DNA of 64,000 bases from an uncultured delta proteobacterium (GCA_963826785.1 CAWGYD010000004.1:160001-224000), one strand, 5' to 3'. Counted from the stretch's first letter, positions 20,277 to 31,499 are shown. Numbers and translations are program-made. The notes: a model not told the origin generated them from the sequence alone.

Positions 20277-22835
20277 CTACTTCAGAAATAGACTCCGGAT
20301 AAAGCAGGAGCCATCGTCGTCGTCGTCATCGTTTTGGTCCTGTGAAGCGGCAAACAGCGGAAATTCCCGGTAGGCGAACGGGTCGAAGACACTGGTCATG
20401 GAGTAGAAGTTGTCATCGAAGACCGGCATGCCCTGGGCGTCTGCCAGGATGGTGCCGGACTCGCCCAGGGGGAACATGCTCTGGATACGGACCGGGCCGG
20501 TTTGACCCATTTCCACGCAGTGGGCATAGGTCGACCGGGATGAAAACGGCATGGTGTGCAGCGGATTCAATGCCAGGGGCGGATTATTGAACATGGGGTG
20601 GTTGAATTCGATCACGCCCCGCTTGTCGGTCCCCCAGGGCCGGGCATCCAGGGGGAGCTGCTCGGCCAGGACATTGTCCAGGGCCGCCACAATGATGGCA
20701 TTGGCGGTCTGGGGCGCATCGGCATCCATTGCATTGGCGAACCAGTCATAGTTATTGACGATGGAGGCGTCTTCGCCGGCCAGTCCGTGCAGCAGCACAT
20801 TGAACATCACCAATGTGTTCTTCCACTGCGCCTTATCGGTATCATACTCGGTGGAGTCTCCCAGTTCATCCAAAAAGGTCAGGTTGATTACTTCCCGGAT
20901 CCAGGCGTCGGCCAGCATCCAGGCATCGGACCGGTCCATCCCTTTTTTCCAGTTGTCCCTGCCGCCCTTGACAAAGTGGCCGTCGAACCCGTCCATGATG
21001 GCCAGGGCCTCGGTGCGGGCCGGTGAGGGATCTTTGGATACCGCATACCGGAAGTCGTCTTCAACAAAGGCCCAGGGATTTCCGCCGCTGCCGAAGGAAT
21101 CGGTGGTGGCGATGTACAGGGCCAGGTCCCGCACGTCCGCAAAGCTCAGGTTATCGTGGGTGGTGAGGTAATCCTTGAGCACGTGGGCCCGGTGAAACGG
21201 GCCGAAGAAGTAGCTCAGGTTGTTGTAGGAATTGGGGTAATCCGCGCTGCTCTTGTTGTTCCAGCCGGCATAGAATTCCTGGTGGGTGTTGCGGTCCGTG
21301 GAGAGGGGTTTTAGGTCATCGACGCTCCACTCCGCCTGGGCGCCGGACATGCCCTGGGGAAAGCGCCAGTCCACCGGCTGGTCGTTGATGATGGAGGGGC
21401 GGACCGGGTCCATCCCCGACATCCAGTAGGCGATGTTCCCGTCGTTGTCGGCGTAGCAGAAATGCTGGCTGACCGCAACATTTCGCAGGGCCGCGCCGAA
21501 TTCATCCATGCTCTTTGCCCGGGCCAGGTTCAGAAATGCGGTCAGTGTGCCGAATTCCTTGCCCCACTGGGAATATTTCCAGGCGACGATGGGGCCGTCG
21601 GTGGCCGCATTGTAGGTCTGGGGATTGAAATTGGCCGGGTTGACGATGGGGCCGTGGGGGGAGCGGGTGACGGGGATGGTCACCGGCGCCTGGCCGGCCA
21701 CGTTGATGGTTTCGCTGCGGGTCGTGTAATAGCCTTCCGGCGCCGAACCCGGTGCGGGTTCAAAATAATAATCCACCGTGTGGGCATGCCCCACCTGCAT
21801 GGACCAGGCATGATGCGGTGTGCGGCCGATGACGATGCCGGGGAGTCCGGCGATGGCCATGCCGGAGATGTTTAAACCCGCCGCTTCGATGGAGCCCTCC
21901 TGGCAGATGGCGGGCGTGTCGAATCCCATCTGGGGTCCGGAATAGAGGATAGGGCGGCCCGAGGCGGTCTTGTTCCCGCTGATCACCCAGGCATAGGAGC
22001 CCATCCTGGCGAAGGCATTGATCTTTTCAAGCTTTTCCTGGCGGTCCGCCCACCGGTTCTCCAGGGATTCGGCCATTGACTGCAGATCCGATCCCGGCAT
22101 GGACGCCGGCGCCGTCACTTCCGGCCCTGCATTTTTTACCGCCATGGCCCCTGCCACCGCCTGGTCGGAAAAATCCGGGATGTAGGTGTAGGCCGCCGGG
22201 TCGTTGGTCCAGCGCAGGTCGTTGAACATGGCAAATCCCTGGGCCTGGCCGAACACGGTGCTGAGGTACTGCAGGAGGGCGGCATTGTCGACCTGTCCTG
22301 ATTTTTGGGCTTCAGGGTCGAAATTGCGAAGCATGAGCGCCTCCCAGGCCATTACATCTTCCACCGTCCAGTTGGCCGGTATATACGGAGTGCCCATCTG
22401 CTGGGAAAGAACCTGGAACTCAAAGGGAAGCTGGCTGGGATCGGCGGCGATTTCGGCGATCCGCCGGTTGAACCCGGCCACATATCCATTGATCACTTCC
22501 CGGGAGTCTTCATCCAGGGCATTGAATCCGGCGGTCAGTTCCGCGTCCGTGTACCCGGTCATGCGCACCAGCGCGTCCTGGTTCAGGTAGTCCGATCCGA
22601 AGATGGCGGCCAGGTTGCCGTTGGCGGACCGGCGGAACAGCTCCGCCTGCCAGAGCCGGTCGGTGGCCACGGCATATCCCATGGCCTCGAACACATCATA
22701 GAGGGTCTCATCCGCGTCCCCCTTGATGAACCAGACCCCCTTGTCATCCCGGGTGGTGGTCACGGCGGCGTTGGCTGAGATGGTGAAAGCGAAAACAATC
22801 AGTGTTACCAGAAAAAACCAGCGTTTGCCCTTCAT
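20277..22835 (-). CDS. Secreted penicillin acylase family Ntn-hydrolase with C-terminal CFI-box sorting signal
   Basis: Signal peptide; GYAVATDRLWQ; beta-subunit start G-SYAWVISG; HFCYAD..GNIAY; tail DDDDDDGSCFIRSL. Confidence 0.88.
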   Translation of the reverse strand: MKGKRWFFLVTLIVFAFTISANAAVTTTRDDKGVWFIKGDADETLYDVFEAMGYAVATDRLWQAELFRRSANGNLAAIFGSDYLNQDALVRMTGYTDAELTAGFNALDEDSREVINGYVAGFNRRIAEIAADPSQLPFEFQVLSQQMGTPYIPANWTVEDVMAWEALMLRNFDPEAQKSGQVDNAALLQYLSTVFGQAQGFAMFNDLRWTNDPAAYTYIPDFSDQAVAGAMAVKNAGPEVTAPASMPGSDLQSMAESLENRWADRQEKLEKINAFARMGSYAWVISGNKTASGRPILYSGPQMGFDTPAICQEGSIEAAGLNISGMAIAGLPGIVIGRTPHHAWSMQVGHAHTVDYYFEPAPGSAPEGYYTTRSETINVAGQAPVTIPVTRSPHGPIVNPANFNPQTYNAATDGPIVAWKYSQWGKEFGTLTAFLNLARAKSMDEFGAALRNVAVSQHFCYADNDGNIAYWMSGMDPVRPSIINDQPVDWRFPQGMSGAQAEWSVDDLKPLSTDRNTHQEFYAGWNNKSSADYPNSYNNLSYFFGPFHRAHVLKDYLTTHDNLSFADVRDLALYIATTDSFGSGGNPWAFVEDDFRYAVSKDPSPARTEALAIMDGFDGHFVKGGRDNWKKGMDRSDAWMLADAWIREVINLTFLDELGDSTEYDTDKAQWKNTLVMFNVLLHGLAGEDASIVNNYDWFANAMDADAPQTANAIIVAALDNVLAEQLPLDARPWGTDKRGVIEFNHPMFNNPPLALNPLHTMPFSSRSTYAHCVEMGQTGPVRIQSMFPLGESGTILADAQGMPVFDDNFYSMTSVFDPFAYREFPLFAASQDQNDDDDDDGSCFIRSLFLK

Positions 22836-23127
22836 TTTTCCTCCTTTGCCAGAGTTAATGCATTCTCAGGTGATGAAAACCGGATGGGTTTATCGGTTTG
22901 AACGGGTGAGCATCAAGTATACTGAAGTGATATCTTTGGGGGGCTGTTTTCACAGCTTCATTTATTGCATTGATGCGCCGATGTGTCAACCTGAATGAGG
23001 GCGTTGGCGCGTCGGGATAGAGGCGGGCAGAAAAGAAAGGGTTTCCCGCTATTTTCTTGAATCGGGCGTGGAAGTGAAAACGGGAGCGATCCCACCGGAT
23101 GGGCAGATGATTGGCAAACCCGATTTC

Positions 23128-23464
23128 TCAGGCAAAATTCAGGATCATACTGTCGTGGGCGGTGTACGTCTTAAACGGCATACCGGCTTCACGGGCGACA
23201 TATCCGGGGACCGCAATACCGGAGCCGAATTGCGCGTAATCGACAAAGGTCCTGCCGTCGATCAGAACTTTCATTCCCTTGGCCGGGGCTTTCAGCAAGA
23301 TGATGGCGCTGACATTTTGAAACCGGGACTGAATATCGAGACAAGCCGAGCTTCCCCGCCTGCTGTCCGATATCGACTTCCATATAGTTTTGCGACGCAT
23401 CGTCAATTTCATATTTGTAGGTTTCACCGATGTGGTTCAATACATTATTCAGATCCACGTTCAT
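23128..23464 (-). CDS. Hypothetical protein (~110 aa) split by an apparent +1 frameshift near 23340
   Basis: ATG at 23464 with GGAGG RBS; ORF 23189-23464 N-terminus joins ORF 23128-23427 C-terminus. Confidence 0.55.
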
Positions 23465-23660
23465 GGTATGCCTCCAAAACAGGTGGTTAAGCAGGACTAA
23501 AAAATCCTATGTGACCCACAATCTTTCTTTAAGGTAAGGGGGGCGGAGGCAAAGTCAATTCCATCCCATATACCTATCCGCTTGCGGCAGCCCTTGTTGC
23601 CGTTTATGTTTATGTCGAATCTGCTCATTTCTATTCATTTAAAAATTTTCCGAGGCATGC

Positions 23661-25185
23661 ATGGGCAACCGGATCGGATTTCAAAATCCCCCTTTGGAAG
23701 ATATGGTCGCAGTCGGCGCCATCAGCCCCTATGGGTTTCGGCTGTGGTTCAGGTCGAATACCCCCGGAAGCGTATTCATCCGCTGGCAAAAAGACGATCA
23801 GCCCTCTCAAGAGATTTGGGTGGATATCCCTCCGAATAATCCGAATGATAACACCGCCGCCGTCCAAATCGGCGGCGACGGTCCTTCGGAACATCGTCTG
23901 AGTCCCGGCAACCCCTTACAATTACGAGGTGCGCCATGCCGATGGCCGGCTCATCGGCGATGGGCGTGTTGAAACCGCCCCGGAAGTCCCGGGCGATATC
24001 ACCGGCCGCTATGCATTTGCGCTGATGAGCTGCAACCAGCCGTTCAAGCACGACGGCCGGGTAAATCCCACCACGGGACAGATGCTCGGAGCCGCGCTGA
24101 CATGCATCGAAAATCATCATGTCAAATATGCGCTGCTCATGGGTGATCAAATGTATGCGGACATGCCCGCTCCATTATCCCTGTTCAACCCGGATTATTT
24201 TGCCACCATCGCCCCGGACGGAAAAAAAGCCATTCAGGAGTGCACGGCCCAGGAGGTGCGGCAACTGTACCACCGGCGATATCGCCAGTTCTGGAATCTT
24301 CCCGGATTCAAACGCCTGCGGAGCGCTCTGCCCTGCTATCCCATACTGGATGATCATGATATCATCGACAACTGGGGATCGGATCCGGAACACCAGGAGG
24401 AAAAATGGGGTCGATTCATCAATGGCGCGCTGCTGGCATATATGGACTACCAGGGGGCGCCGGTTCTGCCCGTGGGCGATCGCCTTCCTGATTCTTTTGA
24501 CTACACGTTCTCCTATGGCCCCACCGCCACCTACGTGCTGGATCTGCGGTCCAACCGTCTGGCGGGAAAGAACGGCCGCATTTTCTCCGATCATCAGGAG
24601 GCCGGCCTGAAACGGTTTTTAAATACCCGTATGGAGCCGATCCTGTTTATCGTCTTGAGCGTGCCCGTGATTCATCTGCCCCGGTGGTTTTCCAAGGTCA
24701 TGGCCCGGATTTTCCCGGAACATGAAGACTTTTCAGACCGGTGGTCCACCGGGGCGCATATCCGGGACCGGGACCGGGTTCTTGAGATGATCCATGCGCA
24801 CCAGTCCGCAAATCCCGCTCAGCGGATCATCCTGCTCAGCGGAGACATCCATATCGGATGCGTGCATCAAATCCGTTTCGGGAGCCGGGTGGTCTATCAG
24901 ATGGTCTCCAGCCCCATCACCCATACGAACCACTTTCTGGTAAAGGTGGGGGCAAAATGGCTGATCCGGTCCAACCGGCGATACATGACCCGCGACGGCC
25001 GTCTGCAGGGAAAAATTCGGCTGTTGCGCGGGGGAAAAGAGCACACCAATCCATACGGCGGATTGAACATCGGCCTGGTGGAAATTGAACCCGGCGGGCA
25101 GGATTATGCCCCGAAGTTTCGGTTTCTGCTCTACGGGCACCAAAACGGGCGCCCCAGGTGTGTTTTTCGGTCGCCGTGGATCTGA
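23661..25185 (+). CDS. Alkaline phosphatase D (PhoD-like) family metallophosphatase, apparent frameshift near 23900-23930
   Basis: SCNQP, GDQMYAD, LDDHDI.DNWG, LDLRS.R and LSGDIH motifs; N-terminal part in an adjacent frame. Confidence 0.8.
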
Positions 25186-25224
25186 TGCGAAATGAATCCT
25201 TTGACTCCGGGCGCCTGTTTTTAA

Positions 25225-25375
25225 GTCCCTGCTTTTTTTTGCTCCGGTGGGCCATGAAATGTCCGAACTGAAGGCACAGCAGCGTCCACAGGGCGCCGGC
25301 GGTCCAGCCGGCCAGCACATCCGTGGGCACAGACGGCTTTTCTCCAGACCCACCGAAAAATGATCCATCGGACAT
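25225..25375 (-). pseudogene. Remnant of a PAP2-family phosphatase (start plus C-terminal motif only)
   Basis: RBS and ATG at 25375 followed after 16 codons by PTDVLAGWTAGALW, the tail of the PAP2 HxxxDVxxG motif without the His. Confidence 0.5.
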
Positions 25376-25563
25376 GCGATCGGTCTCCTGAACGGGTTAA
25401 TATTTACCTAACCATAACAACAGGGAGGGGATTTTGCATCAGGCCACATGTCAATTCCCTGATGGTACCCGGGTGAAAAAAGGATATCCCGGGCCGGAAA
25501 AATTGCCCGGGTTTGCCCGAAGTCTTAGTTTATATAAAAAACCCTAAAAAAAGAGACGATGAG

Positions 25564-26091
25564 ATGAATCATCCGGCAAAAAGACCCGCCCCCACCCGGA
25601 TGCAGGTGGTCCGGAACTCTTCCATTCTGCTCATGACAATGGTGCTCTTTTCCTGTTCGGCGGTATCCAAACAGATGCGGACCGAGGCAGTGGATGTCCC
25701 TTTTGAGACGCTGGCCTGGGACACGGAGCCGTACATCGGCAAGACCGTCATCCTGGGCGGCTATATTTATGATCGGCGGGTGCATCTGGGGGTGACCCAG
25801 CTGATCATCCTGCAGGCGCCACTGGGTCTCTCGGATCAGCCTAAATCAAAAAAGGATTCCAAGGGGTTTTTCATGGCGCTGTGCGCCGGCGACCTCGATC
25901 CGGAAATCTACCGGGTCGGTCAGGACGTCACCGTGGCCGGTACGGTCATGGGCAGGGAGATACCGGATTTTGGCGATATCAGAAAACCGATGGTGCAAAT
26001 ACGCGTTCGTGAAATTCACTATTGGGAATACGGGCACAATGAAGACCGCTGGTATGATGTTTTACAAGCCGTCCCAAGCCCGGGCAAGTAG
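25564..26091 (+). CDS. Slp family outer-membrane lipoprotein
   Basis: Lipobox VLFSC; YIGKTVILGG.I, LDPEIY..G..VTVAG.V.G. Confidence 0.85.
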   Translation: MNHPAKRPAPTRMQVVRNSSILLMTMVLFSCSAVSKQMRTEAVDVPFETLAWDTEPYIGKTVILGGYIYDRRVHLGVTQLIILQAPLGLSDQPKSKKDSKGFFMALCAGDLDPEIYRVGQDVTVAGTVMGREIPDFGDIRKPMVQIRVREIHYWEYGHNEDRWYDVLQAVPSPGK

Positions 26092-26115
26092 AAGCCGCTG
26101 CACGCATCCTTGAAA

Positions 26116-26514
26116 TTACATCTGCTGCAGAATCTGTTTGACCTGGCTGCCGTCCGCCCGGGGGCCGAAATGGGCCATGATGTCTTTCATGGCCTGCATC
26201 TTGTTCTTGTAGGCAGTGAAATCGATATTTTCATCGATCCAGTTTCGGATTTCAGTTTCATCTGCCATGCGGGGCAGGTAGGCCTCCAGAATTTCGATAT
26301 AGGGCGTATCTCCCTGGCTTTTTGTGTGGGCCAGTGTTTCACGTTCTGAATTGATGAGTTTTTTTAAAATTTTCACCACGTCGTCGTCGGGCAGGGCCTT
26401 TTTGTCGCTTCGGCCAAACTCGCCCATGACGACCCGCAGCGCACTTTTCTTTTCCTCGTTTTTTTCTTTCATGGCCCGCATGAGATCCTGCTTGATCTTT
26501 TCCTGAATGGTCAT
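26116..26514 (-). CDS. GatB/YqeY domain protein
   Basis: IKQDLMRAMKEK...ALR...LEAYLP...ADG..VK; GAGGAG RBS. Confidence 0.85.
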   Translation of the reverse strand: MTIQEKIKQDLMRAMKEKNEEKKSALRVVMGEFGRSDKKALPDDDVVKILKKLINSERETLAHTKSQGDTPYIEILEAYLPRMADETEIRNWIDENIDFTAYKNKMQAMKDIMAHFGPRADGSQVKQILQQM

Positions 26515-27406
26515 TTTCATGCTCCTCATGTAAAACGTGTGTCGAAAAATTTACCGGTATTTTGCGAGAGCATTGATATCCTGAATTTTGCAAAAGAACA
26601 AGCCGTAACCGGATGCAGGCGCCGGGTCGTTCTATTCATGTCCTTATGGGGTAATTTTCGGGTGGATACTGTTTAATTTTATCCGAAATAAATGATTTCA
26701 GTTACTTTGAAACAGTCAAGGCGGTCGGCTGCATTTGATTTCACGTCAATGAATCATTTCCTCATATTTCCCAAGTAACCGATTGCGTTGAATAGTTCGT
26801 TGAATTTAGACAAAAATACAATAAAAACAAAAGATTGTAAATATTGAAAGATTTAGTGAAACAGCAGGCGAAACGCTGATAATGCAATAGAATCAATTTT
26901 TTGAAAGATAAATCATCCGGAAACCAAGAACGGGTATTCTGACATAAAGCAAGATCACTCAATAAATACTTTACGAAAAGAGACATGCTAATGCTTAAAA
27001 ATAAAACATATACGGTCAATCATGTATTTTCAATCGGAGCAATACTTTGTTACTTCTAAAGTGCAGTTCTTCAGTAAACTGGCCTTTTCTATGAAATCAT
27101 AGGAGGGCGATGGACCCCAAAAGTGACAGCGGCATCCGATCAATATCAAAATCCATTCATCACAGGCGGTCGGATTCATGAAGGCAACAGATTACGCATC
27201 TCATGTGAAGGAGAGTCCTGATGACCGGAACCTTAGTGGAAAACAATCATCTGCATGATCAGCGATTCCGTCCATATTCGTTGAATGCTCAATCCGCAGC
27301 AGGCGCCGTGCCTGCCGGTCTTTTCAAAATGATTATAAATGAAGATGCCCCCTCATGGAAATCAAGATCGCGTCTATATCCGATGAATCCGCGAAAGGGT
27401 CTTACC

Positions 27407-27892
27407 ATGAAAACACGGCGGGCGCTGCATTTTGTTCCCCAGGAAAGTGCCGGCGTGTTGCTGATTATCGGTGAACCCCGTGATGTGGCAACGGCTGCCG
27501 AGCGTCTGAAGAATCATTTTTTGTGTATCCTGCTGCTCAATCCCGGCGATTCACCCGATCCGGAAGGCACGGTCGCCCGCAATAAAGGGGGGAATGGCCC
27601 CCTTGCCATACAGGTCACCGCACGGCTGAGATCGCTAAGAGGCCACCTGGGCCGGTTTTCCGCCACTGTTTCCTGCAGCCACCTCTCCGCCGACCTGATG
27701 TATTTTACGACAGGAAAGTGCGAATATGTTGATCTGGTTCTGGATCTGGGCAAAAAAGAGGTGATGCCTGCCGAATCTCAGCCCTACGGCTACTTCGCCC
27801 CGGGACCGGATATGACAGAGCGCTTAGCGGTCCTTCAAACCCTGATATCCCTGTCCGGCCTGATACGTGATCTCAAGCATGCCGTCCCCTGA
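27407..27892 (+). CDS. Hypothetical protein resembling the N-terminal non-cluster region of formate dehydrogenase-associated polyferredoxins; no CxxCxxC motifs
   Basis: SAGVLLIIG, GHLGRF, DLVLDL and PYGYF motifs; recognition from memory only; start uncertain (27221 or 27407). Confidence 0.4.
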   Translation: MKTRRALHFVPQESAGVLLIIGEPRDVATAAERLKNHFLCILLLNPGDSPDPEGTVARNKGGNGPLAIQVTARLRSLRGHLGRFSATVSCSHLSADLMYFTTGKCEYVDLVLDLGKKEVMPAESQPYGYFAPGPDMTERLAVLQTLISLSGLIRDLKHAVP

Positions 27893-27939
27893 TGATCCGG
27901 GAGCGCCGGGCGCCCCTTCAGCCGGATCAGCCGGTAAAT

Positions 27940-29298
27940 TCAGTTGCGCATACTGGTTACCGGGGCGGGGAGGCGGCCGCCGCGCCTGAGAAAGTCTTTT
28001 GCGGAAAACGGGTTGACGTGCATGACCGGCGCGGTGCCCAGCAGGCCGCCGAATTCCACCAGATCGCCCGCCTTTGCGCCCGGAACCGGGATGACCCGCA
28101 CGGCAGTGGTTTTGTTGTTGATGATGCCGATGGACAATTCGTCGGCGATAATCGCATTGATGGTCTCCTCGGGGGTATCTCCGGGGATGGCGAACATATC
28201 CAGTCCCACGGAGCAGACCGCGGTGAGGGCTTCGAGCTTGTCCAGCCCCAGGGCGCCGGCCTGCACCGCCTCGATCATCCCGGTGTCTTCGCTGACGGGA
28301 ATGAACGTACCGGAAAGGCCCCCCACGTTGCCCGAGGCCATGGCCCCCCCTTTCTTGACGGCATTCATCAGCAGGGCCAGGGCTAAAGTCGATCCGTGCG
28401 CTCCGATCCGTTCGATGCCGAAGGCCTCGATGACATTTGCCACGGAATCGCCGGCGGCGGTGGTGGAGGCCAGCGAGATATCCACGATGCCGAAAGGAAC
28501 GTCAAGTGCCCCGGCCAGTTCCCGGCCGATCAGTTCACCGGCCCGGGTAATTTTAAACACCGTGCGCTTGATGACCTCCGACAGCTGGGTCAGATCGCAT
28601 TCCCTGTTTTTTTCCACCACGCTCTTGACCACCCCCGGTCCGGAGATGCCGATGTTTAAGGCCACATCCGCTTCGCCCACCCCGTGGAAGGCGCCCGCCA
28701 TGAAGGGGTTGTCTTCGGGGGCGTTGGCAAATACCACGAACTTGGCGCAGCCGACGGCATTTTCGGTTTTGGCGGCCGTTTTCTTCAGCATCCCCCCGAT
28801 GAGGTTGATCGCATCCAGGTTCAGGCCGGAGATGGAAGATCCGACATTCAAAAACGAGCACACCCGGCTGGTGGCGCTCAAAACCTCCGGCAGGGTGGCG
28901 ATCAGCATCCGGTCTGCGGCGGTAAATCCCTTGTGCACCAGGGCGCCGAATCCGCCGATGAAATCGATGCCGGCATCCCGGGCGGCCGCATCCAGGGTTC
29001 TTGCCATGTCCACGAATTTTTCTTCCTGGCAGTGGATTTCCATGATCAGGCTGGCCGGGGTGATGGCGATGCGCTTATTGACGATGGGGATGCCGTACTT
29101 GAGTTCCAGTTTTTCAGATTGGGTGATCAACTGAGACGCATAGCGGTGAATTTTTTCGTACACCTTGTCCTTGAACCGGGAAAAATCCGAGTCGATGCAG
29201 TCCTTGAGGTTGATTCCCAACGTGGTGGTCCGGATATCGAGGTTCTGGTACAGGGTCATGCTGGCGGTTTCGTATATTTCTTCAAGCGAGATGGCCAT
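27940..29298 (-). CDS. UPF0210/DUF711 (PFL-like family) protein
   Basis: NLDIRTTTLGI, GIPIVNKRI, DNPFMAGAFHG and CSVGLDM. Confidence 0.92.
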   Translation of the reverse strand: MAISLEEIYETASMTLYQNLDIRTTTLGINLKDCIDSDFSRFKDKVYEKIHRYASQLITQSEKLELKYGIPIVNKRIAITPASLIMEIHCQEEKFVDMARTLDAAARDAGIDFIGGFGALVHKGFTAADRMLIATLPEVLSATSRVCSFLNVGSSISGLNLDAINLIGGMLKKTAAKTENAVGCAKFVVFANAPEDNPFMAGAFHGVGEADVALNIGISGPGVVKSVVEKNRECDLTQLSEVIKRTVFKITRAGELIGRELAGALDVPFGIVDISLASTTAAGDSVANVIEAFGIERIGAHGSTLALALLMNAVKKGGAMASGNVGGLSGTFIPVSEDTGMIEAVQAGALGLDKLEALTAVCSVGLDMFAIPGDTPEETINAIIADELSIGIINNKTTAVRVIPVPGAKAGDLVEFGGLLGTAPVMHVNPFSAKDFLRRGGRLPAPVTSMRN

Positions 29299-29302
29299 GT
29301 CG

Positions 29303-29584
29303 TTATACCCTGTGCATCATTTTAAAGATGTTTTCATGCTGGACCTGGACCTTCATCCCCAGATCGGCGCCGATACTCACCAGGTTGTTCACCATTTCAT
29401 CCATTGAAACGACGGCGTCCCTCACATCCACCAGCATGGTCATGACAAAGTAGCCGTCGGTCATGATCCGCTGGTTGATATCGATGATATTGATCTCCTG
29501 CTGGAAGAGATATGCGGAAAAGGTTGCCACGATCCCTTTCCGGTCCTTGCCGATGACGGTGATAAATACCAGTTCTTTTTCCAT
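29303..29584 (-). CDS. UPF0237 ACT domain protein
   Basis: ITVIGKDRKGIVA...NIIDINQ...QHENIFKMMHRV; usual partner of DUF711. Confidence 0.9.
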   Translation of the reverse strand: MEKELVFITVIGKDRKGIVATFSAYLFQQEINIIDINQRIMTDGYFVMTMLVDVRDAVVSMDEMVNNLVSIGADLGMKVQVQHENIFKMMHRV

Positions 29585-29968
29585 TTTTCCCCACCTGTAA
29601 GACGTTGTCGGCTCCGGCCTCCGAAGGCTGCCCAGTCGTTTATATCGGGGTATGGAAAAAAAAGAAAACCATTTTTGCCGCAAACAGGATCAAACCCGCT
29701 CTCCGGATGGATTCGCATTCCTGCATGGATCGTAAAACCGCTTTTTATCAGGTTGGGCGTATGGGCGAATTACCGGATCGAAGACGAATTTTTACCCTCC
29801 TGAGGGTATTTTCCTTTTCCAGTCCGCACCGGATGATCAGTCCATGATTCTGCCTCAATCCGTCATATTCACGATTGATGCCTTTTGGTTTTTCTTTTTT
29901 GGAAAATGATCTGAAAATGGCCGTTTTTTCTTTAACCCCTTTAACTCGCAGCATTTAGGAGGTTTCAC

Positions 29969-31491
29969 ATGAAGATAGCAAAAATGATCATCGTTTTGTT
30001 GATGGCAGCGCTGATCCCGCTGACCCTGATCACCGGATGTGATGATGATGATGACGACAACAATGATGCCAATGTTCGGGTTCTCCACATGAGCTATGAT
30101 GCGCCGGCGGTGGATGTGAGATTTGATGATCAGACCGAAATCGCCAATCTGAATTATCCGGAATCCTCCGGCTATGTGGATGTGAATGAAAACGTGAATA
30201 CCATCACCGTGTTCCCCACCGGGGCGGCTGCCGCCACTCCCGCCGTGCTCCAGCAGAATGTGGATCTGGCAAAAGATCAGCATTACACCGTGGTGGTGCT
30301 GGACCAGCTGGCCGATATCGATGCCGTAGTGGCCACGGATGATCGAAAGACGCCTTCGGATCAGGCCAAGGTCCGGTTTATCCATGCGGTACCCGATGCC
30401 CCGGCAGTGGACGTTCATATGGGTTCCGGGGCGGGGCCACCGTTTTTCAAAATGTGGCATTCAAGCAGGTGACCGATTACGTGGAAGTTCCCGGAGGAGA
30501 CTATACGTTTGCGGTGACCCCGGCCAATGCCAGCACCGAACTGGTCCGGTTCAATCCCATCGCCCTGGAAAATGGCAAAGCTTACACCCTTGTGGCCCAT
30601 GGAACTCTCGATGCGGCGGACAATGCGGATTTCGGGGTGCGGGCGTTTACGGACAACGATGATGGCGCCGCCTATGAAGACCTGTCCGACACCCAGGTGA
30701 TGGCGGTCAATTTAACGCCCAATGCCGGACCGGTGGACCTGTATGTCGATGATGAGAGCGCCGGAACCAATCTGGCCTATTCGGAAAACACCGGCTACAT
30801 GAATTTGAATTCCGGCACCCGCACGATCCGGGTGAATACGGCGGGAACACAGAATGCAGTGAGCGAAACCGACCTGGATTGCCAGACCGGAAAACGTTAC
30901 ACGTATCTCGTCGCAGACGATAACATGGAACCACTGGTGCTGGAGGATGATTTCACCCCGCCGCCCGCGGGCATGGCCTATGTGCGCTTTGTGCACCTGG
31001 CGCCGGATGCCCCTCCTGTGGATGTCGCTGCCGATGGGACCGTGCTTTTCAACAACGTGGCCTATGGCGAGTCGGACAACGGCGGGATGTTCACTGCAGT
31101 GGATGCCGGCACCTATGATCTGGAGGTTCGGGCGGCCGGAACCAATACGCCCGTTCTCACCGTGAATAATGTCGCGTTAAATGAGGGGGCGATTTACACT
31201 CTGGTCGCCGAGGGGTACGCCAACCCCGTACCGGGTCAGCCGGCACTCAATGTCCTGGTCATCGAAAACAGGGAAACGGCCGTATCGCCCGATACCCAAA
31301 CCCCGTCGGACATGAATCCTCCTTCCGACGTGCAGACGCCGGACATGGAAACCCCATCGGATATCGTTTCCCCGGTTGATATGGAAACCCCTTCGGATAG
31401 CGATATGCCTTCGGATATGGATAATCCGGATGATATGCAAGCCCCATCGGATATCGAACCGCCGATGGATATGACGATAACGCCGGAATAA
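29969..31491 (+). CDS. DUF4397 repeat lipoprotein with acidic Pro/Met-rich tail; apparent single-base deletion near 30430-30437
   Basis: Lipobox LITGC; four VR.xH.xPDAP.VDV-type repeats across ORFs 29969-30472 and 30454-31491. Confidence 0.85.
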
Positions 31492-31499
31492 GAAAAAAT

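Noticed and set aside
26762..27019. 85-aa minus-strand ORF in the AT-rich gap
   Set aside because: TTG start, no RBS and low-complexity composition typical of spurious AT-rich ORFs.
27944..29134. Long antisense ORFs (this one, 42450-43766, 46053-47549, 59014-60249 and similar)
   Set aside because: Shadow ORFs opposite well-supported genes, expected in GC-rich DNA, with no recognisable motifs.
29585..29650. Possible riboswitch (ZTP/pfl-like) ahead of the ACT-DUF711 operon
   Set aside because: Short leader with one small hairpin; the conserved ZTP elements, including the 3' CGCCUGGGC-type segment, are not present.
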